Part shown: one piece after another, positions 52,871 to 64,000 of the stretch | How the letters are laid out: each line of letters opens with the position of its first letter | Numbering within the stretch: the first letter of the stretch is position 1 | Source of the DNA: Epiperipatus broadwayi | Lineage: Eukaryota; Animalia; Onychophora | Reading direction: 5' to 3' | Assembly (NCBI GenBank): GCA_028023455.1 | Contig: JAQFVV010000001.1 | Coordinates: 33,170,001-33,234,000, forward strand | Length of the DNA stretch: 64,000 bases | Translations under genes and position numbers: made by a program | Notes under the pieces: generated by a model | What the model saw: the letters and a program-made list of their open reading frames with translations, nothing else | What the model was told of the DNA's origin: nothing | Database searches by the model: none

Positions 52871-53804
52871 TTCCATTGGTGGTTCATCAATAAAAGGAAG
52901 TGATATTTAAGTATTTAACTAAAAGTATATATTTTGTATAATTATGTTGTTTTAATTACAATATAAAGTGGATAAACTACATATTCCTTATAAATCGGTT
53001 TTTTATTTTTTATAAAGTATCCGTATTTTACTGAAAGTAATTTAATTTTATTATTTACATTTTTGTATATACAGTACAGGCAAAATTTTGTTAATCTGAA
53101 ATTCTAACTGCAAGTTTTTTTTGGGGGGGGGGGGATTTTGTGAATTTTTTAGATTTTAAAAATAGATCTTTTATTCCGTATTGTGAACTCAATCTTCTAA
53201 AAATATAATCATATTTATCATCTATAATTTTCTCACATATAAATATTTTTTGTGTATTATATAAATTTAATAGTACAAAAATATTTTAAGGGACATTAAT
53301 TAATAATTTATTTTTACTAATCAGTTTTTTTTTTTTTTTTAATTTTTTGTTTAACCCATCAACAGATTGATATTGGATTTTAATATTAAATCATTATTCT
53401 ATATTAGAATTCAATAAATTGGTTTTGATTTGTTTTCAACCAAAAAACATCCTAAAAATTAATATTTTAACTTTGCAAATATTGAAAAAAATAATAATAA
53501 AGAGAATATATGAGAATATTGACTTTTTTTTCCATTGGACTGTATAAAGTGAGTGAAAACAGAAAATTAAATAAATCTTTGTTGAGTGAAATTTATTTTT
53601 AAAATGCGAACAAAGTAATACAAAATCATTATAAATATATCAAATTCTCTTTTAAAATTGCATTTATAATTTATAAAATAACCCCAAAAGTTCAGTATAA
53701 AAAGCAATGATTTATTTGAAAAGGAGGTTACAATCTTGCCGATAGGTTTTTTTTTTTTTTTACTGTTACAAATATAGGAATAAATTCAAAGTGTAATCAT
53801 ATAT

Positions 53805-53992
53805 ACTTTTGTTTTAAATAATTATTGTATAAATATTGTGTAAAAATAATAAATATTTAATAAACTGCACTTTTGTTTTAAATAATTATTGTATAAATAT
53901 TGTGTAAAAATAATAAATATTTAATGAACTGCACTTTTGTTTTAAATAATTATTGTATAAATATTGTGTAAAAATAATAAATATTTAATAAA
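53805..53992. repeat. 3 x 64-bp tandem repeat
   Basis: Units start at 53805, 53869 and 53933 and are near identical. Confidence 0.92.
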
Positions 53993-54050
53993 CAGGGATT
54001 GTCAACCTGTTTTACCTACCACCCATATTTGTACTTTTGGTGCTACTGTT
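53993..54050 (+). mobile_element. Solitary hAT-like left terminus
   Basis: CAGGGATTGTCAACCTGTTTTACCTACCACCCA; no matching right end seen. Confidence 0.45.
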
Positions 54051-56397
54051 TTATTAGTGTTGATCCCATACAAATGCACATAAATATAATGTTACTGAGC
54101 CCAACCCATTATTTGTGAAATAATAATCATACGAGTTAATGTAATTCATTTATTTTCTTAATAAATTACTGTAATTTATTTTACAAATTTATTCAATAAC
54201 AATTTTACATTAACATACGTTATTGCAAATATTATATTATAGTATAATTCCCCATGTGCCAGCGCTTTGCGCATCATCCTCCCTCCCTGCAAACTTTAAA
54301 AAGTCTACGATCATTGCTTGAGAAATAATTACATCGTGGTGGAAGAAATGATAATGCTTTAATTACTGAACTATTTTATTTTTTTGTAATTTTTGAAAAG
54401 GAAAATTATTTATTTATTACAATAGCTATCTTTGAAAGAATATGTGACTAAGGTACGGATATTAATGGCATACCTATTAATGATTAATTTCCAACTCGTT
54501 TGCTTATTGTTTTTTTAAGATTAATAAATGTATTCTTTTTACAATTTTTTTTTTGTCTCTATATAAGTGTTGGGTCTATAGAACTACTAGAAATTTTACA
54601 GTCAGACATTTTAATTCTCATAGGTGTTCTCGTGAACGAGACTTTTTTTTGGGGAAAACTGAAATTGTGGTTTTCCATAACCTTTTCTAATTATTTATGC
54701 CTTACACGTTGGATTCAGATATGGGGTAATGGGCTTATAATTATTATTTTTTAATAGTATGTTACGTAAGTTGTACCATAATTACTTTTGAATGCAGATT
54801 GCAATAGTTCTGCGTACTTTAAGTCCAGCGACCCTCACATGGTATGGTAGTGAAGTTTTTACATTGGTAAATGATAGAATTGTGTGTACTCGCACAAACT
54901 GTGCAGGACAAAGCAAGCCATTAGTTACAACAGAAAAAAAGTTGTCTCTTATTTGGTTTGATTGTAGCACGGCTGACTAAACTGTATATTTATGGGCATT
55001 TGTAGGCCATCAAGCGGAATAGATAGACTAATGGAACAATACCATACTTTTATTAACAGTATAATTTCTCTGCCCACCAATACCCGAATAACATAATTTA
55101 TTGCTTATGGAAATAATTACACAAAAACGGATTTATAATAATAAATTAATGGATATATAACAATACAAAGTAACAAATTTAAGTCAATTTTTTTTAAAAA
55201 AAAATGTATTTAATTTATTTTGAACATGAAAATATTTATTTAAGGCAAAGCAATTCCACAAGAAAAATTTAAATGCCTGTTGCACTTCTATAGTAATGTA
55301 TAGTTTTTCTTTTAATATCTGGCAAATACCACCCATGAACTAGACAAAAATACAACCTATGAGCTAGACAAAAAATTTTTTTTTTGCAATTCCAAAAATC
55401 TTGAAATAATCTCATAAGTGATTTTAAAACTGGAGAACAAAGAATCTAGTGATAATCCTTATGAATAAAGAATTTAACATTTAATCCAGTGGAGGCAGGA
55501 CTAGATTACATCTGACCACTTCAGATTTTTTTAAAAGTAATAAATTTTTATTTTAGTTTAAGACTTCTGCAGTTAAATAAGAGCCAGAAAAATAGTGCTA
55601 CCAAGTGATTGTCAAACAGTTGCCATCTCTAAATAAAAACTTTTCAGATGAATGAATGGAAGAATTAACATTGTAGATCAATTTTTCATTTAACAATTAA
55701 TTCAATGTAATATTTTTAAATCCCATTACTGACTCAGATGATAGATCTTGTATGAGAAATCAAGAAATTCAATTTGTATGTATGCCATCTATCAAAAGAT
55801 TTAGTCTTTTTTGTTTTCAAACTTAAAAATTTACGTACATTTTATTATAATAATAAATTTTGTTTTACCAGTTCTTCGTAATTAATATAATATATTTCAA
55901 CATATAAAGGCAAAATTATTAAATTCTAAATTTTACTATTGGCTAAGCGCTTTCAGAGCCTGTTTACTCCATATTCATAGCTTTAATATGTATTAAACTC
56001 ATTGTATGCAAACTTATGCAAAACTATTCAGATTATCCATTTTTTTGAAATTGCGAAACACATGTCTTTTCTATTTTTAGCATTTATGTCACTAGCAATG
56101 AAGCAAGCCTCCTTGATTTTCCTTTTGGCATCATTTCTCTCAGTACACTATCTCAGCCCTGATGATCAACAAATATAGAGCTGCCTTCATTTTTGTTAGC
56201 AATCTGTTATATGCATACTTATGCAGAGACAATCTGTTACTGTCTTGATTTTCACCGTAGTACATTGCACTACATACTGCTTTAGGGCATGCAATCTTGT
56301 ATACCACCTGTGACGATTCTAGGTTTATTTTATCCTTAGTGTTATTAATTATTTTGTTAGTGTTTGGAGGAGTTCTAAATACTAATTTAAATTCATT

Positions 56398-57472
56398 ATG
56401 CAGCTAAAATTGCTAGACATGATTAAAAATAACTGCAAGAATGTTTTAAAGAAAGAGAAGAAACGTTTGCCGAGGATAACATTCAATATAAATGAGCCGA
56501 TGTGGATGATTAATAAATGTGATAATTTAGAAAGGAGGTTAATTGTTAAATTTGAAAAGAAATTAAACTTTCTGGCTCAAAAACAAAATATTAATATAAC
56601 AAATGCTGTCACATGTGATGCTTACGTCAATTTATCTAATGCTCATCCGCCTGCTGAAGTTAAGGAAATATTGGCATTCGGGCAGAGATTCGTTGGGGGA
56701 CATTGGATACATCCTAAAATTGAACAAATTTGCTGACACTGAATTGCAGAAATAACTAAAATCATCATAAACAAACATTTAAATGTTGAAATGGATAATT
56801 GGAGCTCGAGGATTGATAAGACAAAAAGTTTTTGAGTGACAACAAAATTACATGCATGAAAGAAGATAAAGGCAACCGATTTGTTTTGATGAACTTTGTG
56901 GATTATAAAGACAAAATGTCCACGCCAATTCTTAAATTGAAGTTTGAATTGACTACAGACTTTAACAATAAAATTAATAGAGAGAAATTTATTACGTCAA
57001 TCTTATGTGCACATAAAGATAAAGGAATTAATAGAGCTGAATATTTTAAGATATACCCGTCTGCTACTACACAATCAAGAATGTTTGCGAATGCAAAACT
57101 GCATAAGCAAGGAGTGCCTTTAAGATTAATGCTGGATTTCGGCAGGATTCATTATTTTAATGCATCCAAATTGGTGAATCAATATTTGATTGACTCCTTG
57201 GGTTTTGGCGCCTAAATAATAAAGTCATCTTTTGAATTTGTTGACAAAATTAAAAGTGCAGAAATAAATATAGAATTTAATATCACAGCAGGGGACATTG
57301 CAGAGTTTTATGATTTTATCAAAAGAAAACTGTCAATTAAGATAATTGAGGATTAATTGAGAAATAGTGATTGTCCATCTTCTCGTGTAGACTTTATTAT
57401 AGACTATAGATTTCTTAAAATGGCTGGATGGAAATATATAGACAAATAGTTCAAAGTGAATGACGGTTGGCA
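56398..57472 (+). pseudogene. Penelope-like element reverse transcriptase, 5' part, decayed and truncated
   Basis: YVNLS...EILAFGQRF; KEDKGNRFVLMN..DYKDKM; SRMFANAKLHKQGVPLR; IKSSFEFVDKI...GDIAEFY. Breaks off near the QxxG motif. Confidence 0.85.
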
Positions 57473-59417
57473 GCCTATCACATTGCTAAATTCAAAAAAA
57501 GCATATACAATAGGGGACATGTTACTAAACCCATGCATGAAAGATATTTGGTGATGAATTTGTATCAAAAATAAACAGCATTCTCTTGTCAAACGACACC
57601 ATAGGTCAGTGAGTAATTGATTTGGCTGATGATGTTGAATCTCAATTAATAAAAAAATCTAAATATTATTCAATTCAATTAGCTGAAGCTACAGACGTTT
57701 CTACCGATGCAATAATACTAGTTTATATGTTATAATCATCTTATATGTAAAGATATTTAGGAAAAATTCCTTTGCAGTTTAAAATTGGAATCTTCAACAT
57801 CAGAAGAAATTTTAAAGATAATGAAATTGTAGTTCCAAACTAAAACCATTTCTTGGGAAAAATGCGTAGGGATTTGTACTGATGGGACTGCAGCAATGAT
57901 AGGAAAATATAGGGGCTTAGTAACATGCATAAAGGAAATTTTTCATTCATTGTTTTTTTCATCAGGAACAATTGGCTAAACAAAGATATGTATGCATATT
58001 TACATGTGTACAAACAATGAATTATATTTGAAAGAATGAACTAAACGCGCATCTATTTCGATTAATGTGTGAAGAAATGGGTTCAGCTCATAAAAATTTA
58101 TTATTACATTTCCACATAAGATGGCTTTCAGGAGGGAGAGTTCTGAGTAGATTATTTGAACTTCGTGTGGAAATTGAAATAGTTCTTAATGATCAGAAGC
58201 TAACAGAATTTCGTGAATATTTTAAAAGTAATGTGTGGCTTTCCAAAGTTGCCTATTTAGCTGAGATATTTTCATTAGTAAACGATTTAACTTTGTCATT
58301 ACAAGGATGTCACACAAATCTTTTTATTTGTTACAATAAAATGGAAGCATTTATAAAAAAAAATTGAACTTTGGTTTAACAGAGTTAGAAACAATTGCTT
58401 TGACATGTTTCCTTTGTTTTCACAAATTGTTGAGGATAAAATGATAACGCATGATGAAATTTCAGATATAAGTAAAATCATTCAGAATCACATTAAATTA
58501 AAAGAAAAGTTTTTCAATACTTCCCACCTACAGAAGATATTCGTTTCAAACATATGTGGATCTTAAATACTTTCCAACAACACTATTCACTTAATTTACA
58601 TTTATCAGAAAAAGAAAAATTAATAGAATTATCGCGGACAAAAGTTTATAATTAAAATCAGGATGAATATCCAATCCTTAGTGAAAAAGCTATAAAATTG
58701 TTACTTCCATTTGCAACAACTTATTTGGTTGAAAGTGGATTTTCAACAATGATAAAAACAGACTTGATGTTTGATAACGATGTTAGTTCAACAATGAGAT
58801 TAGCTTTAACTCATTCTATTGGAGCAAGAATTGATAAATTAATTGAAAAGAAGCAGCAACAACAAAGCCATTAAATAATTATTTTGAATTGTATGTTAAT
58901 TTAAATATGTTTGTAATAAATATAATTAAAATTAATAAATTAATATTTTAATAGCAGATTTTATTTAAATATGTTACTGCTGGAGATTTACAAATTTTTT
59001 ATAGTAACTTCAAACAATATTGAAATCGAGCTGATACATCAAAGTAGACTATTTTTTAAATTTTTCATACATAACTTAAATAAAATTCTATATAATTTAT
59101 TTTTGTAATTTTTGCTTGTATTTCATATATAAATAAAACCTTATTTGAAAAGAAAACACATTTTTTTTTTGGTAATTAACAAAATGTGTTAAGCTTTTAA
59201 ATTAAAAATGTAGTTTAGCTTTAACCCAATTTTTAACTAACAAAATTATTTGCTCATTATAAATATCAAATTGATCCGAATATATACATATATACAGTAC
59301 CATGCTGATGTATATCTCTTTTATTTTATATTATAATTTATGTAATAAACATTTGGATCGCAGAACTATTTCAATGATGTCTGTTAGGTTGCGCGGCAAA
59401 AAGGTTGAGAAACACTA
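57473..59417 (+). mobile_element. 5'-truncated Buster-type hAT with right TIR
   Basis: AYHIAK...KAYTIGD, ICTDGTAAMIG, LLHFHIRWLSGGRVL, KVAYLAEIF, LLPFATTYLVESGFS and QQSH* fragments; right end AAAAAGGTTGAGAAACACTA. Confidence 0.88.
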
Positions 59418-62400
59418 CTCTATATCATCACACTATTAAATTAGATATCTTGTCCTCACCATGAGAGAATTGTAGTATTACCTAATTGTAAACTGAATGG
59501 TCAGCAAATTGTTAACAATGCCAATCGAGCATTGATAAACGTGTTATTCTATTTATATTTGGGTTTTGTTTAATATTTTCTAATTACATTACTTCTGATA
59601 TTTTATTGTAATTGAAAGGAATTATTTATTTGTCTAAGGTTATTGAAGACCACCATCGTACTAGGGTTGCTTATTTATGCTATTCCTAGTATTTCGGCTT
59701 TGGCTGTGTTTACAGTAAATTTTACCGGAGTTCCTGGATCCACTTGCTCTTCAATGTTCGATAAATGGGGTTTGGAAGCACTGGCCTCTGAGCATATTAC
59801 GGATAAGTCGTAGAGGCTCTGCAAGGGAATGATCCCGGAAAAACCGACCCATAGCATCCCCTACACACCATTTTTCCAAGCATTGCACTGTTAGAAGAAT
59901 AAACATACTTTCTTTTCAATAAACATTGAAGCGTTTCTTAATTCTAATCAGGTACATTTATTCTAGGGCTACCATAGAATCAGCACCGCTTCTCATAATA
60001 TATATATATATATTATCCCTCACAATCATTGTAAGTTGTGGTGTTATGAAACATATAAACATTCTTTATTAATATTATTTTGTATTAATGTCATAGTTAA
60101 AGTTTGATTTAAGATTATCCTTCCTTCAATCGAACAATGCCCGATCTTCTAATCAAGGTTTAATTCTCAAAGGTCTCCCTAAACGATCAATTTTTTAGAT
60201 AATAATTTGATTAACACAAATCTGTAATATTTGCATAGTATAAATAAAGCCTGTGTTAATAAAAATTCTATACCTGATTTACTCTCCATGATCATTAGTT
60301 ATTAACTCGTGAAATATCCATTGATGTAAAAAGGGGCATATAATAAGTACCACATGATCATTATATATATATCTAAAGTTATCGACCCTCATTATGTCTT
60401 ATTTAACGTTACCATTATATACTGCATGTGATATTGAAATGTGTCTCAATTAGCATATTAAACCACACTGATATTCACATTCCATATTTATGACCAAATT
60501 TTAAGTTTATTCTGCATCTCCATGTATAAATTTCGAAGGTTACTTAGTGTAGCGTATCAAAGTAGAGAGATGTGTATTCTAGAGTATACATAAACTATTA
60601 ATAGCATGAAATTATCATTTGAAGAACTGAACAACCTACCTTTCTGTTATTAAAATATATATATACTACTCATCGAATTTGTTCAAATCATTTATTTTAA
60701 TTGTTTTTTTTTAAATATCACCTATGGTTGTGACTTACCTTCTGCCATCGTAAATGAATACCGTCTCATTTATTAATATATCCGTTGTTATCTTATTATT
60801 TAATATATCTTTAAGGTCTTCTTGAGTTAAATGGTTTAGTTATTATTTGTCCTGAAGATAATGAATCATAGGAGTTAGTTCATATGCCATGCTCCTGAGT
60901 TTTTTATGTCTGTTTGCTTTGTTTCCGGGACGGTAGTGACTGAAATTACATTTGTACCATCAAAAATGTAGTTCATTTGTTGGAGATGTGGAAAGGGAGC
61001 AAATAAGGCAGAATTCAGAAATGCTCTTGACCTATATCTCAGGCATGACTGCATTTAGGGTACTTTTGCTCACAATCTAGGTTTTGTTGGATGAACCTAT
61101 AATTTTGACCAGTACAATATGGAAAATGTGTTAATTCATAGTATAAATTTATCTAATAATTGGAAATTTTTTTTTTTATGAGTGATTCAGCTTTGATAAA
61201 ATTACTTATTGACATCTGTTAATTCAGTAGTAAAAACTTATTCTATTTTGTTGAGGGAAAAAAGACCATGTGTTATTGACTATCACTACATTTATATACA
61301 AAGACGTTTTGTTGAGGAAAAAAAGACCATGTGTTAATGACTATCACTACATTTTTATACTAAAATGACTTAATTCTTTTTTTTTATATATAATTTGTAA
61401 CTTATTATCTCTGAGAAATCACTAGCATAATACTGCAAGGAAACATAGCTCCAGAGTTCTACATGAAGAAATCACTGTCAATGTTTGAATTGGTTGAATA
61501 ATGTATTATTCTTTGTTGTATATTTCTCAATAAACTAAATAATCACTCAAAGTGGGAAAAAAAATGCCTAATTGGCAACATTATTACAAGTTTCTTAATT
61601 TTTATCATAGATAATTTTTTGAAAGTAGAGCAAAAGAATTAAATGGTAGAATTTGTACATGCGTAGTATTATTTTTACATAGTATGTATTTTTTGTGCTC
61701 TTAAACTGAAACCAGCAATAGCTACTTTCAAGAAAGAAATGTGACCAGTGTGCTAAGTGCAATGTAATGATTAAATATGTAAAAAATGAAAAACTTATTT
61801 TTTCTTCATCACAGATTTTTACTTGCTATTCACCAGTTGACTATAATTATGATCAGAATTAGAATTATTGAATTAAGATAGGTAAAAAACAACCAATCAT
61901 CGCAATTAGTTTTATTTGTTTATAAGTATTGTGCCACTACTTTTTTATATCTGAATGATTGTACGCTGAAAATTTAAAATATTGGAAAATGTGCAATCGT
62001 TATCATATGAGGGCGCCACTAGGAAAAGAACCTAGAACCGCGAAATTAGAAAAATCTTATATTCACAATTGATAATTTGTATACATATGACAGATCAAGC
62101 CAAATCCCTCTCCACAATCCCATTTCAAGATGGACGGATTTAATACAATAATAGGTTTTATTGTTTAAAGAACAAATGCAAAAAAACAAAAAACAAATAC
62201 ACTTTCATAATCTTTAACCAATGATATGCTTTATTATAGTTTATTTTTCTTTTATTCAAGACCATTAACAAAAAAATCACTAATAACCCCCCTCTATCTT
62301 CCTTTCCTCTTTTTTTTTTTTTACTCTTGACATAACTAATGTAATCTTTCTTTTTTTTTTAAAATTAAAACAAAACAAAGGCAAAGATCAACATATATAT

Positions 62401-64000
62401 TTCGTTCTCGAAGGAACGTGCTTTTACTTAAATAAGTGTCCAAACCGGTCCAAATCTTGACCGGTATTGGGACTAAGCGACTTACTATTAGGAGTAAGTT
62501 ATAACACAAACCCCTACCTCTCTTTCAATATTTTTTCAACCCTTAATACTTTTCATTTTGCTTTGCAAATCATGTTTACTTTTATTCTGATAACATTCTC
62601 TTGGATTCATTTATGAGATTATTATCTTTTCTTAACCTTGCCCAATAGTCCTGAAAATTTAGTCAAAATTAAACAAACCATTCATAAAGAAAAATTAAAT
62701 TATACAAACAATTTATGTATTTTAACTAAACAAATTAAATTTATGTAGATATAAATATTATTAATATTTAAAAAAAAATCCCCTTCTATTGTCGTAACTC
62801 ATAGTTCATTACTGGTTAAATGCAATCCTAAACGTATGTTTAGAGTTCACTAATGTCTATAGTTCAATCAATAAACAAAGTTTCCATTACCCTGATAGAT
62901 CAGTGCACGTCCATAAACATTTCTTCGTATCTCTTGGGAGTTGATTCTCAGCAACTAATTTTGTTCCACTGCTAGCTCCGCTTTCTCCTATGTAGTTTGA
63001 TGTTCCTTGAGATGGTTTCACGATTCGATGAAGATCTTGGAATAGGTCAGTGCCCCAGCTGGGGATGGATTCTATTTTGTTTAGCCTTCAATCATTTTTA
63101 TTTCCATTTTTTTAATATAATAGTTCTTTTTTCATTAAAAAAAACTAATAAGTAATCACAATAGGTTTTTCTCTCTAATTTATAGTCCTTTTCTTCATTG
63201 TCCTTTTCTTTGATCACGTTCCTGGCCAGTAATTGCATTCCTTTAATTTTTTGTTTTTAACACCTTGCTAACTAGAAGTCACGACAATAGAATTAATTAC
63301 AATTCTTTAGATTAGAAAATTAAAATAATTAATTACGAAATTGTTTCCAAAAACTTTTTAAATTTTTTCTATCACTTTCGATTTAATCTCTCAATCCAAT
63401 TAAAAAAATAACTAATCTACCATTTTGCTTTTTTTTTTAAAATCCCTATAAAAAAACTAATAAATACCAAAAAAAAAACAAACTTTCTATACACACAGCT
63501 TTTATTTCCTATTTTCTACTTAATGAATATGTGTATATACATATATTTACATGCACACAGAGAACATAACATGAGCCGATCGAAATTATCCGCTCAGTAT
63601 TTACTTGAATTTTTAAATTTTATTTATGTATGCAAATTAAGTGTATTTATGGTAAAAAGTTAAATAGTACTTTAGAAATTTTGTTTGGATAATATAAATT
63701 TTTGAATAATAGATTTTCAAATTAATAGTATTCTACTTGAATAAATATAAAACTGTAATTAATTTGGATTTTCACCAGAGTAGGGATTATATTACTACAT
63801 TCATGAAAATTTACAAATCTGGAAATGTTTCAGAAAATTCGGTTCCTGGATTAATATTTTATTTGTATTTAAATTTTTTTTTAAAAAATATTGTTTTAAT
63901 ATTTAGGACAATCTTTTTCCTATTAAAATTATTTGCTTCAATCATCACATTTTAGGTAATGTATGTCGTTTGTCATAATTACACTACAACGTGCTACAAA

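Noticed and set aside
51523-59425. Pairing the TIR-like CTGTGTTTTTCAACC at 51531 with the right TIR at 59417 as one large hAT
   Set aside because: The flanks ATATAGAG and CTCTATAT are reverse complements, not a direct TSD, and are low complexity; there is no supporting internal continuity.
42470-61350. Short two-copy duplications (42470-42570, 45093-45275, 61250-61350)
   Set aside because: Ordinary slippage-type local duplications with no additional signal.

Overview
Very AT-rich eukaryotic DNA, most likely from an invertebrate animal. I recognise no intact host protein-coding gene; almost all interpretable sequence is transposon-derived. Contents: at least 8 Buster-type hAT elements or derivatives (8-bp TSDs with central TA), a gag-only Ty3/gypsy-like LTR element, an SGNH-esterase-ORF1 LINE, a piggyBac remnant, a truncated Penelope-like RT, a tRNA-Val(TAC)-like retroposed element and an unclassified TIR element. 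The most interesting signal is two related families of ORF-less ~425-453 bp tandem repeats carrying minimal hammerhead ribozymes (7 motifs; 2 fully canonical). All three insertions are TSD-flanked, inverted (palindromic) pairs, and their arm ends lie at nearly the same distance from the predicted cleavage site. This resembles non-autonomous Penelope-like (retrozyme-like) elements. All calls are by manual reading and motif recall; no database searches were run.
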